Shown in pieces: positions 37,681-52,016 of a stretch of DNA of 64,000 bases (position 1 is its first letter; the number at the start of each line of letters is the position of its first letter). A program made the translations under genes and the position numbers. The notes beneath the pieces were generated by a model, which was not told the DNA's origin, made no database searches, and was given only the letters and a program-made list of their open reading frames with translations. The stretch spans positions 25,447,726 through 25,511,725 of the forward strand of contig JASCQW010000148.1 in NCBI GenBank assembly GCA_030264375.1, read 5' to 3'. Source of the stretch: Carcharhinus longimanus (Eukaryota).

Positions 37681-40456
37681 ATTTGGGTGAAGTATCTGAC
37701 CAAACAGTCATTGCTCTCCTTAGTCAAACAAGCTGGCAACGTTGTGCAAATAGACAAAGAATGTCAATACTTTTGCTCAATTTTTAAGGGAACAATACCC
37801 TGGAGGATGGAAGAGCTAAATAAGGAAACAGCCATGGGATTCAAAGCTCTCAGATTTTCTTTCTTATTTTTGAATAAAATTTAGCGACAATAAAACTGCA
37901 TATACATTTGTCTATTGTTCTCACAGAGCCCTTTTCCTTATGGAGCCATTTAACTAATAACATGTTTTAAACATCTCATAATGAAGTAGGTTGTTTATTG
38001 GAGCAACCTCATTGATCTGGGTGGTGAAAGTTAAGCTCCTGTTTAAAGTGACCTTTTGCTTCTAGTCACTTAGTTACAAGCACCAAGAGGCAGCCAACAG
38101 AGAAATGGGGGGTGAAAAAGGTCCTTGCTGAGTAATTGTGAAGTAATCAAGAAAGACATCAGTGTGCTTAGCAGACTGTTGTTTTGAGGACCAGTACATG
38201 TAAAGAGTTATATTTTATTGTAGTAATACTGTTAATGTCATCTGACAAAAATGATGATGCACCATCAACATACGTTGTATCATAACAAATGATTAAGGCA
38301 AAGATATGAGTTAACTGCATATTTCACTACTCTAACAAAACTTTACTGTGTTCCCAAGTTTTGCCTCATCTGCACACTTTGAAATTGCATGTATGAATCT
38401 TTGTATCCAAACCAAGTCATTCATTTCAACCAAGAAAAGCAATGATTCTAATATAGACATTTGGGTAAAACTAACTTCTCTGCAGTCAGAAAAACATTGG
38501 TTAATCATTACTCTCTGCTTCCTAACCCTTAGCCAATTTCATACTCAAGTCACCACTATTCCTGCAAATATCATGTGCTTCTATTTTCCGAATATGGCTC
38601 TTTTTGAATCATCTGAGAGGACCTCCTCTCCTTTCTGCTAAATGGGATTAAGGAAAGCATCAGTGGTGGCACCTCACTTAAGAGCCCATGAAAATGCATG
38701 ATTCCTGTGAATGCTGTTGGAGCTTTATTAGCATATAGCANNNNNNNNNNNNNNNNNNNNNNNNNNNNNNNNNNNNNNNNNNNNNNNNNNNNNNNNNNNN
38801 NNNNNNNNNNNNNNNNNNNNNNNNNNNNNNNNNNNNNNNNTATAGCAATGAAGCTCTCTGCCAGAGTTCCTAGTGAGGATGTCAGCTACCTAAATAAATA
38901 GGGGCCTAGTTATGATGACAGTGGCCAGGAATTGAGACCTTGCACTCACCTTGTCTCACTGCATGTTGGCCACAGTCCTGCTGGGCGAGATGAGTTCTAA
39001 CTGCCCCTTTGGTGCTTTGTAATTCTTGGCAAGAAATGCCATTCCATAAATTGCAATATTTTTCATATCCAGCTATTTTCCAACTATTACATTCCAATTA
39101 ATAGAGTTATTAACAAAAGCAAAATATTCACACTGCGCATAATTCCATTTTTCATCATTTCAAATCATATGTTGATATCGTTGGTACACAGTTTTAAAGT
39201 AAAAACACTTCTGTGTTTCCAAATGTGCAGGTTGTTCCTGTCTGACATTATAGGAGAAAACCAAGCTTTCCATGAAATTGGGAGCTATTAGATCCCAGTT
39301 GAAGTGTTCTGCTCATCTCTCAAGGTCAAGCTTTTAAAACACACAAACAAGCAATCATATGAACAAGTCCAACTGCTTGCAAAAGAAAATGAGATGGTTG
39401 TGTTGGCCCTTATTGAATGACAGAACTACTTCAACTCTACTTATTAGTTATATTTAGAAATGGTCTCAGCTATTGAGCTGTGGCTTGAGGGCTCAGGTGG
39501 TGTCAAACCAAGGGCTTAAGTTTTTGACGGGTTGCAACCATGATTCCAACCCATATGATGGTGCCTTATATTTATTTCCTGGTGTCAATTATTTCAGGAT
39601 ATGGAGAGGAGGGTCGAAGGCTGCTCTAACTTCAATCCATTCTTTTCTATGCAGCAGTCCTTAGTGAGGGCATATAGAATGTCAACATGTTTCACAAACT
39701 TAATTGGAAATAGCGATGGTCATGGGCAGATTAAAGATTTGATTTTAATGCATTTTGTAAAGCACAACATTTTGTGGGCACGGTTATGCATGTATGGAGC
39801 TGTATGTATGGGGCTACTTGCAGTATTAACTCTGGCATATTTATCTTTGACTTTGAATATAGAGCATAATAGAATATTATGAATGAAATGACCAAATGTC
39901 CATTTAAGTTAGTTGGGCTGATTTGGGAACGTAATGTTTACAAGGTAGTAGTTGGGAAATACTTATTTTAAATTATGCTTTAAATTTGATAATTAAATGA
40001 CCAACAGAAAAGGTAAAATGGAAAGAGTAGAGCATGAAGTGAAAATATGAAGTCATATAAATTGATCGGAGAGTTTAATCACAATGTTAGATATATAAGC
40101 ATCTTTAAATTGCTGGCTTAGATATTGGCTCAAAAGTTGCATATTAATCCCTCTACTTCTCACATTTTTAGAATCCTGCTCCATCTGAGCAGGTGGCTGG
40201 GTTCAATGAACCATAGCCCTCCTCTTTAAAGACATTCAAATTTTAATGAAGGGGAGGTGAGAGATTGGCTGTTTTTTCTCTTAGGTTTCCCACATTCACA
40301 GCTCCTTCATCTATCCTGGGAATGCAGACAAAATTGACAGCTCCTATCCTCAGAGGGTTAAAAATACTTAAAGCTAGAAGACTTTAAAGATACTTTTATA
40401 TTCTAACACTCAGCGTTAAATTGATAAACTTATCTTGTCCCACTACAGCAGATAAA

Positions 40457-40775
40457 ATCATTAGAAACCTTACAGTGCAGAAGGAGGCCATTCAGTCCAT
40501 TGAGCCTGCACTGACAATATTCCCACCCAGGCCCTGTCCCTGTAACCCTAAACACTTACAATGTTAATCCCCTGACACTCAGTTGCAACTTAGCATGGCC
40601 AATCTACCCAATCCAACTATCTTTGGATGTGGGAGGAAGCCACAACACCTGAAGGAAACCCAGATAGACACGGGGAGAATATGCAAACTCCACACAGACA
40701 GTTATCCGAGGTCGGAATTGAACCCAGGTCCCTGGCACTGTGAGGCAGCAGTGCTAACCACAGTGTCATCGTGTC
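40457..40775 (-). mobile_element. HE1 SINE
   Basis: Collinear with 26442-26782. Confidence 0.9.
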
Positions 40776-41149
40776 ATCACGAGTGTTATAACTTGCCAAC
40801 AGATTCTCGGATCCTACTTGTGCTGCATAACATAATGAAAGGGTATAGTGATGCCAGAGCTGATTGAAACTGGCACTACAGTGTAAAAAATGCGTTGATG
40901 ACAATCTTGCTGGATAATTCTGTTCTATAAACACAATCATTGGTTTCTTTCAACCTTTCACTCAACACATTTCCATCAAATTATTCAGCGGCACAATCAT
41001 TTGGACAAAAATATCTCTCTCTTTGACCTTGTATTTTTCTCCGCAAATACCCATTTCTTTCACATCATATCATTAGAAGCCATTTCTATCACATCTAAGC
41101 TACATAAAATCTGTTATTCTACAGCATTTTTTAAAGGGTGTGCTGCAGG

Positions 41150-42150
41150 ATCATGGCTATGAAAAGGAACAAAAAGCTGAGAATATTGATGCACGATTGT
41201 TTTTTGTATGGGAGGGAAGCATCCCTCAGAGGTCACTGCTGTTTTTGATAAATACTGATGATCTGCATTTGGGTAGGCAGCATAATATCAAAGTTTGCAG
41301 ATGACACGAAACATAGAATGTAGTAAATACTGAGGAAGATAGATAGATTTCATAAGGACCTAGATGTATTGTCAAAATTGGTAGATGAAGCGTTTGCAGA
41401 AAAATGTGCAATGATACATTTTGCTAGGAAGATAAACAGAGGCAGTGAATACTAAATGATACAATTTTAAGGGAGGTACAGGAAAAAGGAGACATGGGGG
41501 TCTATATATTCAAACTGTTAACCTGGCATGACAGTTGTTAAACATGCATGTGGTATCCTTGACTTTATCAATGGGAGCGTAGAGTACAAAAATGAGTAAA
41601 GTTAAACTTTGACAAAACATTAATTAGGCCAATCTGTATCTCAGTAAATATCCCAGTATTGTATTCAGCTCTGGTCACTACATTTTAGGAAGGATGTCAA
41701 GTCCTTAGAGAAAGAATGATGGTTCTGGGCATGAAGGAGGTCATGGAAGAAATGACTAAGCTGGGTTCATTGTCCACAGAGCAGAGAAGGTCAAGGGGAG
41801 ATTTAATTGAGGTATTCAGCATCTTGAAGGGCTTGGATAGAGAAATAAGGAGGAACTGTTTCCAATTACAGGAGGGATGGTAACCAGAGCCAGAAGTGAG
41901 ATGAGGGGAATATTTTTTACAGAGTGATTTGACGTGATCAGGAACACATTGCCTCAAAGGATGGTGGAGGAAAATTCAATTATAACTTTCAAAAGGGAAT
42001 TAGAAGAATACTTGAAAGGTAACAATTTGCAGGGCAATGAGGGAAAATGAAATCAGGGGAAATTGGGGACTGATAGATACCTCTTTTTTTTAAAAAAATG
42101 GCACATGCACGATAGGCCACAAAGCTACCTCTTTTGATGGACCATTTTGT
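41150..42150 (+). mobile_element. Decayed CR1 LINE, RT through 3' end
   Basis: LLFLINTDDL..caaagtttgcagatgacacgaaac (KFADDTK), then the C-terminal region aggggagatttaattgaggtattc (RGDLIEVF). Confidence 0.85.
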
Positions 42151-43689
42151 GATATAATTGCAAATTGTTATTTTGCTAGTTCATTTGCAACTGAATGGAA
42201 TCCACAGAAAAATCACCACAAAGCTGAATGTATTTAAGAATTGATCAGCTAGACTAGAAACAGGATTTATTTTTGGAATAAATCTGTACCCTCACATTAT
42301 CTGCTTTTACATAAATACTGAAAACAATATGTAGCCAAATTGCACCTTGGTGCAGTTTGTGTATTGAGTAAAGCAATGGAATTCAAATTAAAAATAAAGA
42401 CTGACCTGAAACACAAACAAGCTGGAACCAATTTTCAACATGGGTAAACATCTCTGGGCAAAATGTACTCACTGCAAGGTGGAAATATGACTTGAAAGAC
42501 AAAAACAGGAAACCTCTTTGGTGTATCAGAGAACAAAGACTGAACTTTGGTCCCAGAATTTCCAAATCTTTCTCCAAAATGTTACTGTAGGCTTGCTTAA
42601 CTCATCAACTTTATGCTTGTAATAGGAAAGGTTAAACTGAATAAAACCCTGAAGCCATTCAGTGAAAAACAGAAGTGGATGCTTTGAAGTACTTTTATTG
42701 GCTTGTAGTAGACTGGTGTTGTGTTTTCAATTATTCTAAACAGTCCCTGCAGCAATAAGGATTAGGTTATGTCGTCCAGTTTTGTGAATCATTCTGCTGG
42801 ATAGACCCAGAGAATATTTCATTTGATTCATTCAATTGTTGGTATTCGAATGGAAGAATTTGTCAACTATACACCAGCAGTGCCTGTGGTAATTGTTTAA
42901 CTTATTTATCAGTAGTCTTGAACAATCTCATGGGTGCAAAGCTTCTTAAACTGTTTCAAACATTGTTGTGTTGAAACTGACTTTACTGTGTGGCAGTGTC
43001 CTCTGGCCCCTTCCATTTAAACACCCATTATTTGACTTTGGGATGGAATTGCAGCTATGCATTGTTGATAACTACCATCAAATATACCACCATTTTTTAA
43101 ATAGTTCATATAAATTACTCACTTGAAAAGTACATTGGAATTGATCAGAGTCAATGAAGTTTGTAACATGTGGGTGTTCAATATAATGCTGCTAACAACA
43201 GACTGCAGGGATGAATAGCAAAGCAACCTTGTTACGTGACCATGGATATAACCCGAGAGCTGTTATTCCACTCTGGGACTAATCACACTCTAGAGAACGG
43301 TGCTTTTCAAGCTCTGTGAAATTAACACAGCACTTAATAGCAGTGCATTCTCACAGTGCCCTAAGTTACTGCCAGGAGACAATTGAACCAAAAACTAATT
43401 TAATCCTGGAAAAAACTGTTTACAAAACCGGAAAGAAGCCACATTGGTCCTTGGAAAAATTCAAAATGAAGATGCTGTAAAATCGTGCGTCAAGCCTGTT
43501 GACCACAACAGCTTCATGTAATTTTCCTAAAGCTTGTTCTTCTTTGTCTCATGTTGCATTGAAGTTATGCACAGTTTTCAAATACTTATTACTAAAGTTT
43601 GGCACAGTACTTAATGATTGAATAATAATCCAGTTGAAAAAAATGGTTGAGAGTTGACATTTGGGAATAACCTAGATTTCATAAAACCT

Positions 43690-44481
43690 TTGACATTTTT
43701 GTGTGTGAAATTCTGTTTTGTGTGTGTTTAGGGAGCCTGGCACTTGAACGTCCTTTATGGCCTCACTTGGAGAGGTTCTCTCTGACTGGGAAAACACCTG
43801 CTGTCCATGAACAGGGAACAGTTCTGTTGGTCTCGCAGGTAGAACTGGAGGCCATCGTGGTCCCCCTGGGGAGGCTGAGGGCAAGTGGGTAGACCATCCT
43901 GGCACCTGGGCAATGCCTAGCGGGCACTTTGGCACAGCTCAGTGGGCCGAGCCAGGGAATGGGGCATGAAGGGGTGACCTGATTGGGTGGAGCCCACTGC
44001 ACACTCTGCAATGGGATTGGATTGGGGCAGAGAGGGCCTGCTGCCACTCTGCAGTTGTGATCGGCTAGGGTGAAGCGGGGCCCTATAGGTTTGGGTGTGG
44101 GGCGGTCAGTGGGGGCTAGATGCCCATGCATTGTGGGGCTTGCAATTGGCTGTGGGCCCCTGCAATTGTGGGGGGTGAGGAACTGGCTGAGGTTGCCAGC
44201 AGTGGCAGGGACCTTATAGCTCTTTCTCTGCCAGACCACTGCAGTTGCTATTGAGCATGATCAGAATCAGAGGTCTGCCCATGTGCAGTAGCTTCCTCTA
44301 CGAGCTGGTTGTGAATTAGGCCCAGCCCACTGCCTGCAGCAGCTAGAAACAGTCTGCACTATTTTTTCAATGACTAAATGCATAAGGTTGGGCATAAAAA
44401 CTTGCCCAAAAATGGACCACAAACTCTTCAATTTTCATGTTAGCTGGACAATTCAAATCAATCTTGTAAAATTCCACCCCT
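43690..44481. mobile_element. Non-autonomous GC-rich DNA transposon remnant
   Basis: Ends gtaaaattccacccc and shares tggcac/gtgcca-rich internal motifs with 30326-31436. Confidence 0.45.
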
Positions 44482-44484
44482 CAA

Positions 44485-44670
44485 GTTCAAATTCAATAAA
44501 TCTGACGCACACCACTGAAAGAATGACCAGATTATTGTAGAATTCCATTCCTTTCACAATGTATTTTAAGAAGGGAACCTGCTACTCCTATCATGTCACT
44601 TATATATGACTCAGAGCCCTCTGAAATGGCCAAGAGAGCGATTCATTGATACCAAGGATGCAACCTTATC
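44485..44670 (+). mobile_element. SINE family B fragment
   Basis: aaattcaataaatctg..ttcacaatgtattttaagaagggaacctgc..ccctctgaaatggcc. Confidence 0.6.
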
Positions 44671-46461
44671 AATATGTCCCATGTTGAAATAACCCTCAGA
44701 AATTGGACTTATTTTACAAGCAAGGTCTCTGCTCCATCTAATATTGATAGATTTTAGACTCAACAATTGGTGTTGGTTTGAAGTCATGTGACTCTGTACC
44801 ACTCCTACCTTTTTGCTTCTGCATTGATGTCTTGCAACTGAGTGGGAAGATTAGCTTGAGCTGTACAAAATTTCAGTCAACAGGAGGGGTATTTTCAAGA
44901 TGCAATTAGTTCTCCCAGACATGCTTTCTCTCAATNNNNNNNNNNCCTGAGATGGGTTAATAGCTAACTGCAATCAAACCAATCAACGACGTTACCTAAG
45001 ATCTAGTCAATGTGCCTATTTGTAAGGAAATCTGTACGAGTGCACATTCTGAAAACAAACAGAATTCTACAAGTACAAAAGGACACATACTGTGACTTTC
45101 CCCCGCTATGCACCAATAACCTAGATGGTAAAATATACAAGTGAGATCACAGAGATTTACCACATACAAATCACAGACTGCCTTCTGTGCACTCAGCCCT
45201 TTTACCTATTAAAACATGGGATACAGCCTCTTGTAAAGCTGCTGTTTCTAGATCTTTTAACAAGTAGGGAAGACAGGCACTTCCCTTACAGCTTACTACC
45301 GCACTGCTGCCAAATTCTCATGAGGTCAGTGTAGGCTGGTTGGCGCGAGACAGCATTGAGTTCTAAGAAAGAATTTTTTTAATGGAATTTACTGTGGCAG
45401 AGAAAGTGCTGCATCTCTGGAATTGAATGCTTAAGCAACTGTAACCCAGAGAGAGTGTTTTTTTCCTGCCATTACAGATGGTGAATAAACGAGACAAATT
45501 TGACAGCACAGAGAATGACCATTTTGAAAACTAGGACATCTTTCTCACATAGGATACATTATATTGTGCAATCACTTAACATTGGCCAAAAGGTGGATCT
45601 CGGGGAACTTTTATGATACCTGTTCCAAGTTGAGAAACCATGCATTGATCTTCCAGTCAAACTTATATCTGACTTCGTCAATGAAACTTTGATTGTTGTA
45701 TATCAGTCATTCCTTTTGTGTGTGCACTGGTTCAGAGAAAGATCTCATACATTGCTGAGAGCACCAGACACTAAAATGAATAGCAAAACGTGTAAAATCC
45801 TGAAACCCTGACCCTAAATAACAGACTTAAGTCCTCGCTTTGAAAGAATAAATTGAAACAAAATCTGAAAGGCATATAAATTTCATAGAAGCCGACAAAG
45901 AAAATCTGAAGAGAGGTAATTCAATAATTGCTGAAAGAAATTTTGTTTAAAAAATAAGTCGTACCAAGTGAACTTCAAGGAAATTGTCACTGTGGAAGGT
46001 ACTGAAACAAGCTTACGTGGAAAGGTATTCATTTACTATGATTACACATCTTGATAGGGATGAAACAGTGCCAAATGCCACGTTAAACAGAGTTTGTTGC
46101 AGATGCGTTTACCCAGGCCTCAGATTGCCTTTAGATTAAGCTGTGTGCCTGTACTTTTATGTAAATTTTTTTCATTGTTGCTTTGATGCCCCTTACTGTT
46201 CAGCAGCAGCTCTCCTGCAGAATAATGGAAGGTTTTTAATGAAACCCAAGTATGTAATTAATCAGTAATGGAAGAGAAGGCCTGCACATATTTAGCTTTT
46301 ACCATGTTAATGATCTATCACATTGTGCAAGATTACCAGCATGCTCGCCACCCCCACATAGATAGGCATTTGAGTTTGTTGTTGTCAGTAATCATGTCAG
46401 TTGTTTCTAAAAATAGACAAATCTCTGATAGTCAGTTCTCCACAATGTTACCTTGGAATTA

Positions 46462-46594
46462 CAGTAAGAAGTCTCACCAGGTTAAAGTCCAACAGATTTA
46501 TTTGGTAGCACAAGCCACTAGCTTTTGAGCACTGCCCCTTCATCAGGTGAGTGGGAGTTTTGTTCACAAACAGGGCATATAAAGACACAAGCTG
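46462..46594 (-). mobile_element. Penelope pLTR fragment with hammerhead-like motif, runs into gap
   Basis: Homologous to about 52890-53000. Minus strand cac-CTGATGA-aggggcagtgctc-AAAA-gcta-gtg. Confidence 0.8.
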
Positions 46595-47514
46595 NNNNNN
46601 NNNNNNNNNNNNNNNNNNNNNNNNNNNNNNNNNNNNNNNNNNNNNNNNNNNNNNNNNNNNNNNNNNNNNNNNNNNNNNNNNNNNNNNNNNNNNNTTTGCC
46701 TTCTTTACCGCCTGCTGTGTGGAAGTTAAAATGTTCAGATTGAAGTTTCATAGTTTGGAAGTTAAATTGTGTGGAGGTTAGTGTTCAAATTAAAATTTCA
46801 TGCTTTCTATGCATAGTTGTGGAAAATGTTTATCAGCTTACTGGCCTTCAAAATGAGTCAGCCTCTGCTATTTCTTTTTCAAAGACCCCATAACATTTTT
46901 CTTTTGGCCTGCACCAGTAGGTGAGCAAGACCTGATTTTTCCAGAACAAATACCAAAGGCAAGATATGGGGATATGTGTGCAAATGAAGGATTATCAGAA
47001 GTTGATTTTTCATCAAATGGGTGTGAAAAACCAGGATTTAATTGGCAAACAAATGTCAATGAAAGATGTGAAAAATCAGTTTGATTTGTTGAAATTGACT
47101 ACTGAGCAGTTCTGCAAACAGCTGTGACCATCCCGTGGATGGAGGGAGTTCTTGTGCACAAGCAGAGCTTACATTGGATGCATGATGCCCAGTGTCTGTA
47201 TTAAGTTGACTGAGTGCCTTTAGATTGCTGTTACCAGAAAACTCTGACATGTATGTCAAGAAAAGGAAGAGTGAATGATTGCTGATGCTTTATCACAACC
47301 TTGATGAAAGATGGAATATTTGATATTGGAAGAGAAACACCGAACTAGAGTATTTTTGCATGTTTAGATATAGTAAAATATGTGCATCTATATTAGAGTA
47401 CTAAAAGTGAAAAGAGTTTTTGAAAAATTGAATCTTTTTGCTTTTTAAAAGGTGATGGTACTGTGCCTTTAAGAAATGTATTTGTTTCTTGTAAGGGGTA
47501 TGTTTAAAATTTAG

Positions 47515-48780
47515 CTTTTTTATTTGATTTAGTATTGTCATGTATTGGGATACAGCAAAAAGTATTGCATGCTATATAGACAAAACACAGTACACGGGAG
47601 AAGGAGAGGGTGCAGCCTGTAGTGTTAGTCATAGCTAGAGTGTAGAGAAAAATCAGTTCAATATGGTAGATCCATTCAAAAGTCTGATGGCAGCAGGAAA
47701 TAAGCTATCCTTCAGTCTGTTGCTGTGTTCTCAATCTTTTGTATCTTTTTCACTGACAGAAGGTGGAAGTATGTACGTCTGGGGTGTGTGCAGTCCTTGA
47801 TTATGCCGGCTATCTTTCCAAGGCCCCTGGAAGTGTAGACAATGAATGGGAGACTGGTTTGCATGACAGACTGGGCTACATTTGCAACTCTTTGTAGTTT
47901 CTTGTGGTCCTGGTCAGAGCAGGAGCCAAGCTGTAATACATCCAGAAAGGATGCTTTCTATTGTGCATCTGTAAAATTGGTGAGACTCATAACAGACATG
48001 CTGAATTTCCTTAGTTTCCTGAGAAAGGTGCTGGTGTGTTTTTAACTATAGCATTGATGTGAATGGATGAAGACAGATTCTGTCTGTGATCTGAACACCT
48101 AAACTTGAACCTCTTGCCCATTTCCACGTCATCACCAGTGATGTAGACAATCATGTCCTCCACTACATTTCCATGAAAACAACACCATAGACACCATTTA
48201 GGGCCTACAGTCAGAAATTGTCTTTCTAAAGTGGCACTACAGAGCTGCATGGCCCTCAGTGCAGTGTGTGTGTGCCTGGCAGTCAATACAAACGTTGAAG
48301 GAGACAGTGTCGTCACAATTTCACCAGATTCTATTTCTTGTGCTCCATCAGAGCATTGTTTGAGATCTGACTCACTATGGTGGTGTTATCAGCAAACTTG
48401 AAAATGGAGTTGGAGCAGAATTTAGCCTCCTAGTCATAAGTGTACAAGGAGTATAGTCAGGAGCTGAGAATGCAGCCTTGCAAGGCACCAGTATTGAAGA
48501 TAATCATGGAGTTATCATTGCCTATCCTGATTGCAGTGTGTTGCAAAGTTTCTAATCCAATATTAGAGATGAGCCAAGCCCTAGGCCATGGGGTTTGAAG
48601 ATGACTTTCGTTGGGATAATGCTGTTGAAGGCTGAGCTATAGTTAATAAATTAGACACTGGCATAAGTGTCCTTGGTTGAGTGTAGAGCCAGGGAGGTGG
48701 TGTCTGCTATGCTCCTGTTGCAGTGAAGTGAACTGTACTGGATCCAGGCAATCTTGGAGACTGTGCCATGACTAACCTCA
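47515..48780 (-). mobile_element. Rex1/Babar LINE, decayed RT to 3' end
   Basis: Reverse homology to 25915-26328, with minus-strand KFADN and NLSSSIHINAIVK. Confidence 0.8.
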
Positions 48781-49772
48781 TAGTGCAGATTTGTCTGGGT
48801 GTCAGGCAGCTTATACTGGAATGCAGGTTGATTGATTTTTAGCTAAGGATGGCTGTTTTTAATTCAAGTTAACACATTTCTATGTTTGAGAAGCATTGAA
48901 CTGGACTATACAATTATTTGCATGCTTGGGTATAGTGAAATGCTATACATATCCCCTGGGGTTTCATAACAGCTGCTTAGGTTGATTGACAAAGTCATGT
49001 GATTAAGGGGAGGAGCTAAGCTTAGAAATACAGCCAGTTACTGCTGGGTTCTATAAGATGGCACTCAGTTCATTTTCATTAAATTGGCTTCCTTTTAGCT
49101 TTGACACTAGTGATTTAGCCAATGTTATAGATAATTTAGCTGTAGAATTACCCCACATTCTTCCTTGTCAGGTGACATTTCTTTTACAGAGACTGAGGTA
49201 GAAATGGTGAATTTAGTTAAAACCTCCATAAGTCCAAAGTCAAATGTGTGGCTTTTGATTTCCTATTGTAGGAAGGTGTTGCTGCATTCCAAAGGACACA
49301 ACAGATTCCCCAAATATTTCTTGGCATTGTAAGGTTTAAGGTTTACTGAATTCCAATATCTGGAAGAAAGAATAGGAACAAAGGCCCTTAACTTCCTCAG
49401 CGTGCAATCAGTGGTGGAGTGCCATTATGTAAGGATTCAATGTTTGAAATGCAAACCCCTGCCAAAACTCCATTGGGGAGCCATGTGGTTATGGCCCAAA
49501 GTTTCAGTTCTAGTGACTAATCAAAAGCCACATGAGCCAACAAGAGCAAGTGGTCAGTTTGGCAGTGACTCAACATCAATGTTTAATTTGTGACTGACCA
49601 TATTGACCTTGACTACTTTAGGACATACTTTGAATACCTTTAATGTTACCCACCTTTGATGAGATTTTAGTGCCTTTTGCTCATTCCTTCTGTCTTTGAT
49701 TAACCAGGACATTATCTCTTCTTTCCTTATCCCATACTACACTTACCCATGATCAGTTCCACAGATGCTTTC

Positions 49773-50030
49773 AATCATAGAATCATACAGCGCAGAAGAG
49801 GCCCTTTGGGCCAAAACACCTTAACTCACACTTAATCACATCAGCCAGCAGTTGGCCCATAGCCCTGAATGTTATGTGCAAACTGGTCATCTGGAGTTTA
49901 AGGATGTGAGGAACTCTGTCTGTACCAGCCTCCCAGCCAGCACATTCCACACCAGCACCACCCACTAGGTAAAATGTTTCCTCACCCCCAAACCTCCTGC
50001 CCAACATCCTATTTCCAGCCCTCAAACTCA
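49773..50030 (-). mobile_element. CR1/HER1 3' end
   Basis: aatcatagaatcatacagcgcagaagaggccctttgggcc..cacattccacaccagcaccacccact. Confidence 0.75.
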
Positions 50031-50984
50031 ACTTCAGATTTACTGAGTTTTTGCTGTTTAGTGGTTCTCCAAATGGCTATCTGCTCCAATCCTTGCATGG
50101 CATCAGTAACTTCCGCATTCCAGAATTAGAAAGTTCTTTTTCCTCTGTAACTCATCAATCACTCATTCCATTAGGATCAAAACTGAACACAATGTGATCT
50201 GGAGATGCTTATATTTTTCATAATTTCCAATAGTTCATCCCTGCCCAGAGCTTTCCTTGTCTATGGAAAAACGGGTCACAACATTCAGTTACATTTTACT
50301 TTGCCATTTAGATAAATTAAGGTCAATTCTTAGGATTTGTCAAATTACAGCAAAATGTCAGTAATCTGAATATTAAGTGTGAAAGGCAGGTAGAAAGACA
50401 ACCTTGTTCTGTTACCAAGGTGATTGGATACAATTTTAAATTAGGAAGTGATGGGAGAGGACAAACAGGCTGCAGATGCTGAGGGAACATTGAGATGTTA
50501 AATTGGAGAGACTGGGACAAGAATAGGAGAAACATTATACACAAGAATGCATGTATTTGGAATTTTTTCTAAATACTGTCCCAAATAAGGGTCAACTCAT
50601 TGGGCTCTTGGCATTTTTCAATGGTGGGGCAGATCTGCATCCTGTGAGGAGCCACCAGTTAATTGGAGGTGACCAGCATATGACTAACAGGGGGATAGCA
50701 CAGTGAGACTGGGGACACAGGTAGGGAAGATCCACATTTAAAGTATTTTATAGTTTGCAGCCCAGTTCCTGAGGTTCCTTCCTGGCTGAGCAGTGATAAT
50801 GTCTTCCAATGGAGTGACAGAGTGGCGGCAGCACCAGGAGCCTGGTTTAGAGTATTGAAAACACCAGTGACCAATTAGGGTCTGACACCCAGCCTGTTTA
50901 TCATTTGAGAAGTAGAATCCTTATCATCCTTGTCAATCATTTCTGCATCCTCATGCTCCTGCATATTTTTTAATGTAACCAGAA

Positions 50985-51315
50985 CCATACACAGCTCCAT
51001 GTAGTCTGACCATGGGTCAACCATAGATTTAACTGCAATTCTCTAATTAAATACAAAGGGTTTGCGCCTGTAACAGCCTTAATACCTTGGTCACCAATAA
51101 TCTGAGATCTCTTTGAATCTCTGCCTCATTTTAGAATCTTTTTTCCATCTTTTATAGGATCTTATTCTGAGCAAAGTGTAATGCCTCACGCTTATCAGTG
51201 TTGAAATTAGTTTAAAATGCCTCTAATGTTTTTTTTATTTGTTGCAGTCCCCCCTCAGTATCGACAATGCTCCTCAATATTGTCATTGACAAATGTGGAA
51301 ATTGCGTTTAGTTTT
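50985..51315 (-). mobile_element. Highly decayed CR1 RT fragment
   Basis: accagaaccatacacagctccatgtagtctgacc..cacgcttatcagtgttgaaatt..tgtcattgacaaat resembles an antisense CR1 RT. Confidence 0.5.
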
Positions 51316-52016
51316 ACCCACATTACACTCTCACCTCAGTTTGTTCTTTGCTCCCAATTCATATTAACAACATGAACAATATTCAACATTCCAGCATGAT
51401 CATTGTGGGAGCCACTTTCCACTTCCCTGCCAACCTGAACAGCTACACTTTACCCCACTCCCAGTTTCCTGTCTTGCAGTCAGCTCTCTGTCCATTCCAC
51501 ATTGCCAGAGAAATATACCATGTAGAACACAGCAATATTTGATTAGTGGCTGAAGGAGGAGAGATAGGGGACAGCAGAAACACGAGTGATGACGATGGGT
51601 TATTGAATGAACTGAATGGGGCTGTACAAGTTCTGAATGTTCAAACTCCATTTTCTAAATCTAGTACAAGTGAGATGGTTCAAAGTCTCCTTTCCCAAAG
51701 CAGTTTGTTATCCCCAGGTTGATTCAGCAATGTACCTGCTTTCCAGGAGTTTTCAATTTGACATTCTAAATTCCTCAAGATTTCACTTTCCCTGAAAAGG
51801 CAATTTTTGAATAATTTTCATTCAGTTCTCAACAATAACAATCTTTTCTACCCGCTTCTTCAATTTTTCTGCTTCTCACTGAATCAGTTGTTTCCATTCC
51901 TTTCCAGTGCTCAGTATTTGAGTTGTGGCGTTCGTGAGAAGGAAATCTGTCATTTGAATCTTGCCTTTGACTTGTCAAAAATGTCTTAATTATAACAATA
52001 TCTCATTTAAACTTTG

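Noticed and set aside
38734-38847. TATAGCA on both sides of a gap, resembling a target-site duplication
   Set aside because: It cannot be separated from contig-end overlap because the gap content is unknown.
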